Below, one piece after another: positions 1 to 10,056 of a DNA stretch of 64,000 nt. The stretch is from Candidatus Poribacteria bacterium. Lineage in GTDB: Bacteria > Poribacteria > WGA-4E > PCPOR2b. Both the position numbers and the translations under genes were made by a program. Under the pieces are notes generated by a model. The model was not told the origin of the DNA. It did not search any database and worked only from the letters and a program-made list of their open reading frames with translations. Within the stretch, counting starts at the first letter, position 1, and every line of letters begins with the position of its first letter. The DNA lies in contig OZ240245.1 of assembly GCA_965198175.1 (NCBI GenBank), forward strand, positions 1,888,001-1,952,000. Direction: 5' to 3'.

Positions 1-313
1 TTTTTTTCGACTGTTTGGCAGGTAAATTCGAATGAGGCGAAGAATTAGGGTCGGCGTGTGGCGATAGAACTGAATCTGAGGATTGCGCTAAAACTTTTGA
101 GCGTTCAGAACGGTGTGCGGTTTGAGCTGCCTTTCAAAGATTGATCACTGGGGTCAACTAAGACTGGTTTCGATGAAATGTTGTTCTTTATATCCTCCGA
201 GAATACAAAGAGCATACTACCCAATGGCGATTGGTACAGTGGAAGGTGGCACCGATGTATAATCACCACTCTTAATCGGGTTGAGGAGGGGTAGCTTACC
301 TTTTTCCCATCCG

Positions 314-1531
314 TTAAGTCGACTCTAACATCAGCAGTAAGAGGTTCAGTTCTTCTTTCACCATGTCATTTTGTTCCTTATCTTGAAAATATTTCCAGAG
401 ATTGTATTCAAGATTGTCCTCTGATGGATGGGCTTTAATCCGAGTCCGGAGTTCATTGGTTTTGAGAATCTGAACAATCCGCAGCCGATCATTTGGTTCG
501 TTTATCCGATCCAATTCATTGATTAGACGCACGTCCATGTTTTTCCCCAACCCCTTTTCAGCGTGGGCAATCAGCGCCCTTGTTGCCGCTTTTTTTGTAT
601 CCGCATTGGAATCCGTTTTGAGGATATTGATTAGCGGATTCACTGCATTCTCGGTTGGAAATTTTTGAAGCGCTTGTGCGGCATGCATACGCACTTGAGC
701 GTCAGGGTCCTTGAGAACGCTGACAATTTGAGCCGCTGGGGAATCATTCAACTCCGACAGCGCCTTCGATGATGCGCGACGTACAACAACATCGCTATTA
801 CTCAAGCCTGCGATAATTTCCGGTTTGTATGTTGACTTTTTGCCAAGCTTATAAAGGGCAACGTTGAGTTCCATTATCAGCCCTGCATTGCTGCTGTCTT
901 GACTCTTTCGAAATGATTCCAACTCTGGAAGCATTTTCGGATCGTTAATCTTTCCAATCAACTGAACAAGAGCAGACTTCACAGCAGCCGGTGTGTCTGG
1001 CTCTTTGAGTGCAGCGATCATGTGGTCTAATCCTTGGGAGCCAATGTGATAAAACATTGCCATCAATTCACCTTCAATTTGTGCATATTTCCAGGTCTTA
1101 CCCAGGCTTTCAATCAATAAAGGAACGGCTTCACTCCCTTTATCGATTAACACTTGCATTGCATCTTTCTGGACACGATGGCGTTCATTGAGCACATCAA
1201 GGATTTTCCTCATTTCAGCCGTGTTCATCTCGGCTAACCTTTTCTGCCGTTCTTCTTTATAAATCTTGTCACGAAGTGCGGTCTTAGCGTCCCCACTTGA
1301 AAGCGCGGTCGTATAGGCAATCAACAATAGCGCTCTCGGTTCCACTTTTTCGATTTCAGACTTGGCTTCTTTGGTTTCAGCCAATTTTAGGTGTTCAATA
1401 GCTTCGATTTCCAGACCTGCGCCGAGCAGCTTATCTCGACCGACTTCCAATTGCGTAACCACCTGTTGTTTGTTACACCCGGCACCAGCAACCAACAAAA
1501 GAATTATCGGTATCGTCAGTAACCTCTTCAT
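314..1531 (-). CDS. HEAT-repeat lipoprotein
   Basis: Hydrophobic N-terminus with lipobox-like AGAG-C; HEAT/PBS-lyase-like repeats (LSNSDVVVRRASSKAL, LKDPDAQVRMHAAQAL); GGAG RBS upstream. Confidence 0.75.
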   Translation of the reverse strand: MKRLLTIPIILLLVAGAGCNKQQVVTQLEVGRDKLLGAGLEIEAIEHLKLAETKEAKSEIEKVEPRALLLIAYTTALSSGDAKTALRDKIYKEERQKRLAEMNTAEMRKILDVLNERHRVQKDAMQVLIDKGSEAVPLLIESLGKTWKYAQIEGELMAMFYHIGSQGLDHMIAALKEPDTPAAVKSALVQLIGKINDPKMLPELESFRKSQDSSNAGLIMELNVALYKLGKKSTYKPEIIAGLSNSDVVVRRASSKALSELNDSPAAQIVSVLKDPDAQVRMHAAQALQKFPTENAVNPLINILKTDSNADTKKAATRALIAHAEKGLGKNMDVRLINELDRINEPNDRLRIVQILKTNELRTRIKAHPSEDNLEYNLWKYFQDKEQNDMVKEELNLLLLMLEST

Positions 1532-1791
1532 GTTCTATTTTTCTCTCCTCTTCAGAAATTTTTGGTAATCTGGTTCTTTTCGTCAAGCATGACACGGAAT
1601 GGAAGGGTGTTGGGATACAACTCCGATTCGCCGCTAACTACTATTGACGCTAAGTTCTATTAGGAAGATAAATCTTAACATTCTGACAAAAGCCTACATT
1701 AAGGTTGTTCCGCGCATTTAGCCAAGCACGCCTGACTATCCGAGCCTTCCCCACGACGTTGAAAGAAACGGCAAATCTGAATAACTAGCTT

Positions 1792-1820
1792 AGTTTACAA
1801 AATATTGACTTTTCTGTCAA
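1792..1820 (-). promoter_or_regulatory. Sigma70-type promoter for the HEAT lipoprotein gene
   Basis: Minus strand reads TTGACA-N17-TAAACT. Confidence 0.55.
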
Positions 1821-2245
1821 GCATAAATTCTTCCTAAAAGGTGCTTTTAATTCCGGACTAACGAAGGCTGATGGATTCACAAAGTTTATCTAAATCAAGC
1901 AGACGTTGGCGGCGATAGGGTTTTGGGTACGCAATGGATAACCTGAAATTCTGAACGGAAGAATGTGAGATTTGATACGGACCAATATTTTTCTCGACGC
2001 TTATATGCATATTTGATATAATGGGAGATGGATGTGCAAGGTGCGATGATATGCTAACATGAGATAAACAACGGCGTCACAGTTAATCGGTTAACGGTGT
2101 GATGTATTTTGAAAAACAAGTATTGAAAAAAAACTTCTACGGTGTTACATATGCCGAAATTCTTATTACACATTCTGCAGAAGTAGTAGGACCGCGTTAG
2201 AGAATTAGTAAAAGTCCTAGAATCATCACAACGGAGATATCAAAA

Positions 2246-3109
2246 ATGAAAATCTGTCTCGGTGAAGGATTTCAGTTTGGACAATACCCCTTCGAAGATG
2301 CAATGAAAGCCATCAACAAAATTGGCTATGACTACGTAGAACTTCTCACCGGTTCCCATCTTGATCCAAATGCGTCTGATGGCCAGATTAAGGAAAAAGC
2401 GAAGGTCATGGATAATTACGACATCAAGGCAGCAGCTGTATTGGGAGGTGGACCGCTCGCCTCACTTGATGCGGCAACCCGGCATCAGGCGGTGAAGAGT
2501 TTCAAACGCCAGATTGTTGTTGCACGCTTGCTGGGATGTGACTATATAACCAGTGAGATGAACGGCGGTACTTCGCTACAACTCCATGACTGTATCGGGG
2601 CGTTTAAGGCATCTATGCGCGAAGTAGCTCCGGTGCTCGAAGGAGAGGGTGTACAGGCTTCCTTTGAAGCCCATCCCGGCGATTTCGTTGAAGATAATAA
2701 TCTGGGAGTGGATATTCTCAGGGAAATTGGGCACAAGAATATCGGATACTTGTACTGTGGTCCCCACACATTCATCCTGGGCGAAGACCCTGTCGCAATG
2801 ATTGAGTATGCCGCCGATATTTTGAATTGGATTCACGTCGCTGATTCGTATCGAGAGGAGCGTATCATCATCAGCTTTGCCCCCAAGGGATATGCAACTG
2901 TGGGAGGAACTCCGGAATTCAAGAAAACAAGAGGACATTTACATCTCGTTCCTGGCGATGGTGAAGTCGACTTTGCACGTGTCTTTCGCACCTTAAAGAA
3001 AATTGGATATGATGGCTTTGTTAGTGCAATACCTTTCGACTCAACAACACCTGTTGAGGCTGCGACACAGTCCCTCAAAATGATTCAGGAGTACATTTCG
3101 GAGTCGTAA
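2246..3109 (+). CDS. Sugar phosphate isomerase/epimerase (xylose-isomerase-like TIM barrel, IolH-like), copy 1
   Basis: GYDYVEL, EAHPGDFVE, YLYCGPH, HVAD, HLVPGDGEVDF, GYDG motifs; GGAG RBS. Confidence 0.8.
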   Translation: MKICLGEGFQFGQYPFEDAMKAINKIGYDYVELLTGSHLDPNASDGQIKEKAKVMDNYDIKAAAVLGGGPLASLDAATRHQAVKSFKRQIVVARLLGCDYITSEMNGGTSLQLHDCIGAFKASMREVAPVLEGEGVQASFEAHPGDFVEDNNLGVDILREIGHKNIGYLYCGPHTFILGEDPVAMIEYAADILNWIHVADSYREERIIISFAPKGYATVGGTPEFKKTRGHLHLVPGDGEVDFARVFRTLKKIGYDGFVSAIPFDSTTPVEAATQSLKMIQEYISES

Positions 3110-3127
3110 GAAGACAATCCCGTGCTA

Positions 3128-3353
3128 GTTTTGTCACCGAAGTTATGGCGTTCGTGGTCACTCCACAATCGCCGGGGGATGAGCGGTGTAGCAAATTCTT
3201 CGGCGCCTGGTTGTCCACTCGCCACATTGCACACGCCCAACTGGGTGTTGCTAATTGTCGGATTAAAACTGTATTGGTCGGAAAGATGGTTGATACTACA
3301 CCGATAGAGTGGGATGCCCGCGCACAGGGCTGTCCTAATTTGACGACATAAAC
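3128..3353. mobile_element. Possible small IS remnant or MITE between the two epimerase paralogs
   Basis: Imperfect inverted ends (GTTTTGTCACCGAAGTTA vs reverse complement GTTTATGTCGTCAAATTA); no convincing ORF inside. Confidence 0.3.
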
Positions 3354-3378
3354 ATCAGAGAAAAGGAGACGTGGAAAT

Positions 3379-4230
3379 ATGAAAACCTGTCTTGGTGAAG
3401 GATTTCTGTTCTCAAAATATTCCCTTGAGGCACGAATGGAGGAAATCAGCAAGATTGGCTATGGGCATGTAGAGACTGGCGTCAACGCTCACGCACCTCA
3501 AGCCGAAATCGAGGAAATTGCGAGCGTTATGCAGCGCTATGGGATAAAGCCCGCAGCCATTGGGGGTGGCGGACCGATTGCGTCACTCAACGAAGAGACC
3601 CGGCGTCAAGCGGTGGAAAATGTCGAACGGCAGATTGTAGTCGCACGTATGTTGGGCTGCGATATGGTTACCTGCGAGATGAGTGGAGGCACTTCAGACC
3701 AACGAGATGAATGTATTCAGGCATTCAAGGTGTCTTCAGAAGAATTGGTGCCGGTATTGGAAAAAGAGCGTGTACAAGCTGCATTCGAAGCGCATCCTGG
3801 TGACTTCGTTGAGGACAACAATACAGCGGTAGATATCCTCAAGGAGATTGGGCACGACAATATCGGATACCTATATTGTGGTCCTCACACATTTATTTTA
3901 GGAGAAGACCCCGCCGCGATGATCGAATATGCCGCCGATGTCTTGAAATGGGTTCACATCGCTGATACTTACAAGCAAGAGCGAATCATCGTCAGTGACG
4001 CCTCCAAGGGATACGTTAGTATGGTGGGGCTTCCAGACTACAAGGGGTTAACCGCACATATGCACCTCGTGCCAGGCGATGGAGAAGTCGACTTTGGAAG
4101 CATCTTTCGAACTCTGAAGAGAATTGGATACGACGGTTTTGTCAGTGCGATACCGTTCGACTCTATCACACCTGTTGAAACTGCAGCACAATCTCTCAAG
4201 ATGATGCAAAAGTACATTGACGAGGCGTGA
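3379..4230 (+). CDS. Sugar phosphate isomerase/epimerase (IolH-like), copy 2
   Basis: Clear paralog of 2246..3109 sharing EAHPGDFVEDNN, NIGYLYCGPHTFILGEDP, HLVPGDGEVDF; AGGAG RBS. Confidence 0.8.
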   Translation: MKTCLGEGFLFSKYSLEARMEEISKIGYGHVETGVNAHAPQAEIEEIASVMQRYGIKPAAIGGGGPIASLNEETRRQAVENVERQIVVARMLGCDMVTCEMSGGTSDQRDECIQAFKVSSEELVPVLEKERVQAAFEAHPGDFVEDNNTAVDILKEIGHDNIGYLYCGPHTFILGEDPAAMIEYAADVLKWVHIADTYKQERIIVSDASKGYVSMVGLPDYKGLTAHMHLVPGDGEVDFGSIFRTLKRIGYDGFVSAIPFDSITPVETAAQSLKMMQKYIDEA

Positions 4231-4307
4231 TGAAAGTAAACGAACAACCGGCAATTGGCTATCCCTCGTTTTCATGAGGGACGTACGTCAATTCCATAGA
4301 GACAGCA

Positions 4308-5228
4308 ATGGATTGGAAAACGGAGCTTGCTTCAATTATTCAAAATCACTCCAGTGCCTCAAAGCTCCGCTTCGACGAGCCGATGAGGAAGCACACTTAC
4401 TTTGGAATTGGCGGGACTGCAACTGCTTACAGTGAAATCGCCACAGTCCAAGAACTTGCCGCCGTGGCAGAGTTGAAAAAACGTTGGCGAATTCCAGTCG
4501 CCATCATCGGTCGGGGTTCCAATCTGTTAATCAGCGATGCGAGGTATGAAGGGATCATCATTCGACTAATCGGGGAGTTCGATCAAATCGAGTTTGACGG
4601 AAACCGTGTCTGTGCAGGTGCAGGCGTTTCTCTACCCAAACTGTCGAAAACTACCGCGCGCCGTAGCTTGAGTGGCGCCGAGTTCGCGCTTGGTATTCCC
4701 GGTTCTATCGGCGGAGCGTTGACTATGAACGCAGGCGCCTGGGGAAGTTGCTTCGGAGATCTTGTTGAGAAGATCCAAGTGATGTTAGATGACGGCGGAT
4801 TAATCGACATTTACCGTGATGACGCACAGTTTAGCTACCGCCATAGCCAGTTGCAAGCCTACTTCTGCACTACGGGTGTCATTCTCAACCTCACTCCCGG
4901 CAATGCAGAAACGATTACTGCGCACATGCAAGAACTCTACAAGCAGAAAATCGAAAGTCAGCCATTTGTAGAGGAGAACGCAGGGTGTATGTTTAAAAAC
5001 CCGTCCGGTGCTTCCGCGGGGCAGCTAATTGACGAATGCGGCTTGAAAGGGTATCGAATCGGAGGAGCGGAGGTTTCCAAAATTCACGGAAACTTTATCA
5101 TCAATATCGATTGTGCAACGGCGCAGGATGTACTCGATCTAGTTCACCACATCCAAACGCATGTCAAGAAGAAAAAGGGTGTCGAGTTGCAAATGGAAGT
5201 CAAACTATTGGGGTTTGATAATCAGTGA
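4308..5228 (+). CDS. murB: UDP-N-acetylenolpyruvoylglucosamine reductase
   Basis: HTYFGIGG, GRGSNLL, GIPGSIGGALTMNAGAWG, FSYRHS, NAGCMFKNP, HGNFIIN motifs. Confidence 0.95.
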   Translation: MDWKTELASIIQNHSSASKLRFDEPMRKHTYFGIGGTATAYSEIATVQELAAVAELKKRWRIPVAIIGRGSNLLISDARYEGIIIRLIGEFDQIEFDGNRVCAGAGVSLPKLSKTTARRSLSGAEFALGIPGSIGGALTMNAGAWGSCFGDLVEKIQVMLDDGGLIDIYRDDAQFSYRHSQLQAYFCTTGVILNLTPGNAETITAHMQELYKQKIESQPFVEENAGCMFKNPSGASAGQLIDECGLKGYRIGGAEVSKIHGNFIINIDCATAQDVLDLVHHIQTHVKKKKGVELQMEVKLLGFDNQ

Positions 5229-5470
5229 GCACAATGTCACCAAATTTGGTGAAGACCACCTTATATGCTCTCACCGCCTCGTCATTTGCCCGACACGCAC
5301 CTTTTTCCTCCTAGGATTTTCGTAATCGGGACCGTATCTTCTTCAATCCCTCCTTACTTTCCCCGTTTCTTCCAGTTTTCTAATCCGGTTGCCTGGCAGC
5401 GGGTGCTCATTCTCACGCTGGCAGCAGCTTTCGCCTCCTGTTTAGGTACAGTGTTGATTGATTTAATCCG

Positions 5471-7396
5471 ATGAAAAGAGACCCCTTTACCAAAATCAGC
5501 AAGCGAGCTGTGCTAATCGGCGTATTACTAATTATTGCCAACAGTTACTGGATTGCCTACGTCGAGATGATATGGCATACCGCACATCTGACCATCGTTG
5601 CGTTGTCGGTCAATGTCGTGTTTGCCCTCCTGCTGATAACATGGCTGAATATGGCTGTCAATCACTCCTTCCCGAAAGCCGCCCTGAGTCAACAGGACCT
5701 GCTTACCATCTACGCCATGCTTGCTGTCGGGAGTGCATTTACTGGACATGATTGCATTCCGCGTTTGATGGGATTGATACCTTATGCTTTTCGTTTTGCA
5801 ACCCCTGAAAACGATTGGGAAGCATTGTTGTTTCACCACTTACCCGAATGGCTGGTTATCTCCCATCCGAAAACGGTCACAGATTTCTATGAAGGCAAGG
5901 TCAACTTTTTTACAGGCGGATACTTGCAACATTGGATCGCGCCAATCTTATCGTGGTCGATTGTTATTTTCCTATTGATGATAGTTTTCCTCTGCGTGAC
6001 GATAATTATCCGACGACAATGGGTAGCACATGAAAAATTGGCGTATCCGATTATCCAGATTCCACTTGAAATCACTGGGCGTTCAGGAGCGATTTTCAGA
6101 AACCGATTGCTGTGGATTGGGTTCGCGATTGCCGCAACAATCGACTTGATAAATGGGCTTGAGTTCTTCTTTCCAGCTCTACCGATGATTCCTGTCAAGA
6201 AATATAACCTGGCTGTTTATTTTACTCAAAAGCCGTGGAACGCGCTGGGCAGCACACCGCTTAATTTCACCCCCTATCTACTCGGCCTCGCTTTTATCCT
6301 CCCTTTAGATCTTTCATTCTCCTGTGCGTTCTTCTATCTCCTCCAAAAGGTGCAGCTTCTCTACGGCGGCATGGCTGGTGTCGCAATTTTGCCCGGGTAC
6401 CCCTTCTTTGGTGAACAAGGCGCAGGTGCGTTGCTTGCTTTACTTGCGGTGGTATGTTGGCACAGCAGAAAGCATTTTGCTCGTGTCATCGCTCGGATCG
6501 TTCGCCCAAATCAAGAAGAAGAGGCAAGTGAACCCATCCCTTATCGATGGGCAGTGATCGCGTTGTGTGTCTGTCTTGTGCTGTTGCTAATCTTCTGCGT
6601 AAAAGGCGGAATGTCAATTTGGGCGTATGTCCTCTTCATTGGGGTGTATCTGTCAATCGTTGTAGGGTTGGCTCGCATTCGAGCCGAATTAGGGCCGCCA
6701 CTGCATGCGATCGGTTATCTCACTCCGCAGCACTTGCTCGTCTCAATGCTTGGCACGCGGCGTCTCAGAACAGGAAATTTGACAATGCTCTCCTTGATGA
6801 ACTGGCTCAGCGGAGCGGCCTATGCCTCGTTTCGCACTCATCCCTTGGCGGATCAACTCGAATCCTTTAAGCTAGCCGATCAAACTGGCATTAGAAATCG
6901 AACAATGCTAATTGCCCTGCTCATTGCCTGCATCGTGGGGATAGAATCAAGTCTCATCCTCTATCCATACACGATTTACAAGGAGGGAGTTGCGGCAGGT
7001 TCAGAGCAGATTCACGCCGGGGGTGCGGATACTTACAATTTTCTCTCCTCATGGTTAATCAATCCCAAACCTACGGATTGGGTAGCCATGATTGTCTTCG
7101 GCTTTACGTTTGTATTGAATCTCGGCATTATGTTCCTTCGCGCGCGATTTGTCTGGTGCCCGCTTCACCCGGCGGGCTATGTTATTGGCATTGCTCCCGG
7201 TATAACGGATTCTCTCTGGCTTCCGTTAATGCTCGCGATGATCGTTAAGTGGTTTATACTCAAGCATGGCGGGATTAAAGCCTATCGTCGAGCGATTCCT
7301 TTCTTTGTGGGTTTGGTACTCGGTGAAGCGCTGATGGGGTGTTTCTGGCCAATCGTTAGCCTCATTCTGCGATCGGCCGTGTATTCAGTAATTTAA
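5471..7396 (+). CDS. Polytopic membrane protein (DUF6785/DUF6784-like putative transporter)
   Basis: Many TM segments; RRQWVAHEKLAYPIIQIP, RIRAELG, WCPLHPAGY, PFFVGLVLGE motifs. Confidence 0.7.
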   Translation: MKRDPFTKISKRAVLIGVLLIIANSYWIAYVEMIWHTAHLTIVALSVNVVFALLLITWLNMAVNHSFPKAALSQQDLLTIYAMLAVGSAFTGHDCIPRLMGLIPYAFRFATPENDWEALLFHHLPEWLVISHPKTVTDFYEGKVNFFTGGYLQHWIAPILSWSIVIFLLMIVFLCVTIIIRRQWVAHEKLAYPIIQIPLEITGRSGAIFRNRLLWIGFAIAATIDLINGLEFFFPALPMIPVKKYNLAVYFTQKPWNALGSTPLNFTPYLLGLAFILPLDLSFSCAFFYLLQKVQLLYGGMAGVAILPGYPFFGEQGAGALLALLAVVCWHSRKHFARVIARIVRPNQEEEASEPIPYRWAVIALCVCLVLLLIFCVKGGMSIWAYVLFIGVYLSIVVGLARIRAELGPPLHAIGYLTPQHLLVSMLGTRRLRTGNLTMLSLMNWLSGAAYASFRTHPLADQLESFKLADQTGIRNRTMLIALLIACIVGIESSLILYPYTIYKEGVAAGSEQIHAGGADTYNFLSSWLINPKPTDWVAMIVFGFTFVLNLGIMFLRARFVWCPLHPAGYVIGIAPGITDSLWLPLMLAMIVKWFILKHGGIKAYRRAIPFFVGLVLGEALMGCFWPIVSLILRSAVYSVI

Positions 7397-7523
7397 CCTA
7401 AATTGCCGCCGATTGAAAATCTATGCTTTTTCCGCTGGAAATAAGGACTTCAATTCTAACCTCAAAGGCAAACCCTCCCTATAGACGTGCAAATTACAAC
7501 TTTCCTGGTGCTGTGAAATTTTC

Positions 7524-7552
7524 TTGACATCTGGGTTGTCGTTTGCTAACGT
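7524..7552 (+). promoter_or_regulatory. Sigma70-type promoter
   Basis: TTGACA-N17-TAACGT about 330 nt upstream of the FGE-domain gene. Confidence 0.4.
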
Positions 7553-7885
7553 ATTCTCCAGGATAATCAATAAGCTTGAAGGGCTCGGAGAAACTGAAAG
7601 TAACGCTTCAGTTATGTTTCGCTGCAGTTGCATATCAAGGGAACAGGATGTTTTGGTGCCATCGGATGGTTTTTTCGCCCGGCGGAAATCATATTGTTTG
7701 CTGGTCACTGTTTTCACGCTGCCTCTTAGGGACTCGAATCGGGAGGGGAATTCAGTATCTCTTGGATACTCACAAATACCTACTAGTGGATGGGTATGGC
7801 AACTCTCTCCGCCGCCATTGCGCCGCAATCGAATAGACTTTCATTACTTCCATGTTGTCCCCCAAACAGCAGACAGGAGCGACAC

Positions 7886-9745
7886 ATGCCGCAAACATGC
7901 CAAGCAACCCTTAATCGTACCAGCAAGAGTGCCATCCCAACCATCATAACGCTTCTCCTATTTATGAGTCAGTCCAAAACGATAGCCCGGGACAATGGCC
8001 ACCTACCTGAGATTCGCAATATCCACGCGCAACAACGCTTCGGAACTCGCCTTGCAGACATCACCTTCGATCTCTTTGACCTTGACGAAGAACCGCTCTC
8101 TATCATGCTATCTGCATCGGAGGATAACGGCGGGTCATATACGATTACCCCGCGCACTCTCCGCGGTGACGTTGGCGAAGGAATTCACCCCGGCGAACGC
8201 AAACGAATCGTCTGGGATGTGGGGGTCGACCTTCAGAGTGTGAAAAACCCAACGCTCAAAGTGCGTCTGATTGTAAGCGATAGCCACAGCCTCCCGGAAG
8301 AAACTATTTCCGATATTGATGGCGCGTTGATGAGGTTAATTCCCTCGGGCGATTTTGAGATGGGGGATCCGTTCAATGAAGACACTTTGCCTGAACGTCC
8401 AGTTCACACCGTCTCCCTCGACGATTTCTACATGGATGCGTTTGAGGTATCCAATGCACAATTTAAAAAATTCGTTGATGCGAATCCGGAGTGGAGCAAA
8501 GATTTCATCCCGCGTGAATATCATGATCGGGACTATCTGAAAGACTGGGACGGGAATAACTACCCGAGTGGTCAAGCGAATTATCCGGTCACTTGGGTCA
8601 GTTGGTATGCTGCTGCCGCTTATGCCCAGTGGGTGGAGAAACGTCTTCCGACCGAAGCGGAGTGGGAGAAAGCCGCGCGCGGGGGACTAGTTGACAAACG
8701 GTACCCGAATGGGAATACCATCACGCGTGATGAAGCGAATTATACGGGTATAGGCGGCAGAGATCAGTGGCACGGAGCGTCTCCTGTAGGCAGTTTCCCG
8801 CCGAACGGCTATGGCTTGTATGACATGGCGGGGAACGTTTGGGATTGGTGCATGGACGAGTTCATACCTTTGTTCTACCTAATAAGCCCAAGGAATAACC
8901 CACTAGGGGGTGAAATTTTCAATTTTGTTGATGACGACTTCACACGCATTAACAAGCCTCGCTCTCTACGTGGTGGAAGTTTTGAAGGTCATACGCGCCA
9001 CATGCGCACTTCGCTCCGTGTTGCCGCCCGACCAACATACACGGATGTATACGTCGGTTTCCGCTGCGTAAAAACGGATAATCTGTTCAGAAATGTAGTC
9101 GAAGAAACGCCTTCGTTCGTCGTGGAGACACCGAAAGGGACGCCGGCGGATGTGAACCGGGATGGCGTCGTAGACATATTCGACCTGGTGCTTGTCGGAA
9201 ACGCCCTTGGAACCGCAGGGATAGGTATTTCTGCGGACGTGGACGGTAACGGGCTGGTAGATGTCTTTGATTTGGTGATAGTGGCTAAGAGTATTGAGGC
9301 AAAATCCTCCACTGCACCTCACCTACCGGTTATTCGACAGCCAATTCCAGTTGCCGATTGGTTAGTTGATGCACAGGCAGCAAACGATGGATCTGCAGGT
9401 TTCCAGCAAGGAATTGCTCTCTTGGAGAATCTCCTGATGCTTGTTACCCCTGAAACGACTATGCTGTTCCCAAATTATCCGAACCCCTTCAATCCAGAAA
9501 CGTGGATTCCGTACCAAATCAGCGAGGCGTCGTCGGTGACGATGACAATCTATGACACGCTTGGTAACGTCGCCAAGCAGCTTGAATTAGGTTATCAGCC
9601 GAAGGGAGTCTATCGAACACCAAACCGCGCTGCACACTGGGATGGCGTCGATAAAGCCGGTGAACCTGTAGCTAGCGGTGTCTACTTCGTTGAGTTAAGG
9701 ACGAAGGGGTATCAGCAAACCCGGCGGATTGTTTTGCTGAAATAG
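7886..9745 (+). CDS. FGE-sulfatase (SUMF1)-fold protein with dockerin-like EF-hand pair and C-terminal FlgD/T9SS-like domain
   Basis: FEMG, PVTWVSW, RLPTEAEWEKAARGG, NGYGLYDMAGNVWDWC, RGGS, GFRC; DVNRDGVVDIFDLVLV twice; NYPNPFNPETWIPY. Start set at ATG 7886 (AGGAG RBS); ORF track starts at 7790. Confidence 0.85.
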   Translation: MPQTCQATLNRTSKSAIPTIITLLLFMSQSKTIARDNGHLPEIRNIHAQQRFGTRLADITFDLFDLDEEPLSIMLSASEDNGGSYTITPRTLRGDVGEGIHPGERKRIVWDVGVDLQSVKNPTLKVRLIVSDSHSLPEETISDIDGALMRLIPSGDFEMGDPFNEDTLPERPVHTVSLDDFYMDAFEVSNAQFKKFVDANPEWSKDFIPREYHDRDYLKDWDGNNYPSGQANYPVTWVSWYAAAAYAQWVEKRLPTEAEWEKAARGGLVDKRYPNGNTITRDEANYTGIGGRDQWHGASPVGSFPPNGYGLYDMAGNVWDWCMDEFIPLFYLISPRNNPLGGEIFNFVDDDFTRINKPRSLRGGSFEGHTRHMRTSLRVAARPTYTDVYVGFRCVKTDNLFRNVVEETPSFVVETPKGTPADVNRDGVVDIFDLVLVGNALGTAGIGISADVDGNGLVDVFDLVIVAKSIEAKSSTAPHLPVIRQPIPVADWLVDAQAANDGSAGFQQGIALLENLLMLVTPETTMLFPNYPNPFNPETWIPYQISEASSVTMTIYDTLGNVAKQLELGYQPKGVYRTPNRAAHWDGVDKAGEPVASGVYFVELRTKGYQQTRRIVLLK

Positions 9746-9808
9746 GAAACGAGTTAATGTCGCCGATTGGTGGATCGGGAGATATTGGTGGAGGTACGAA
9801 ACACTGAA

Positions 9809-9865
9809 TAGGCGGGGATCAAGCGAACGGATAGTGAGTGCGATAGAGATTTTCCTTGCCCGCCT
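9809..9865 (+). repeat. Palindrome-armed element containing the 30-bp repeat (copy A)
   Basis: TAGGCGGG-GATCAAGCGAACGGATAGTGAGTGCGATAG-AGATTTTCCTTG-CCCGCCT. Confidence 0.85.
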
Positions 9866-10056
9866 TGTGCCGACATCCGTTTTAAGAATGGGCAGAGCAT
9901 CCTGCCCCGCCGCGAACCAAAGAGTGTTGACTTTCAACCCGATTATTAGGACAATAGCCGCAAAGCATGCAGAGGAGCGATTAATCACCCATTTTCTCAA
10001 GACGCTCTATGGATTGCACAACTGATTTTCCTTAACCATCAGAGGTAACCAATTCC

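Noticed and set aside
1..313. Partial gene at the window start
   Set aside because: The frames examined contain stops and no recognisable product
5265..5474. 69-aa ORF before the membrane protein
   Set aside because: No clear RBS or family motif; cannot be supported, though not excluded
7421..7949. ORFs of 135, 141 and 86 aa upstream of the FGE gene
   Set aside because: They overlap each other and a promoter-like motif and show no recognisable protein features
7886..9745. Diversity-generating retroelement
   Set aside because: No reverse transcriptase or template repeat in this window
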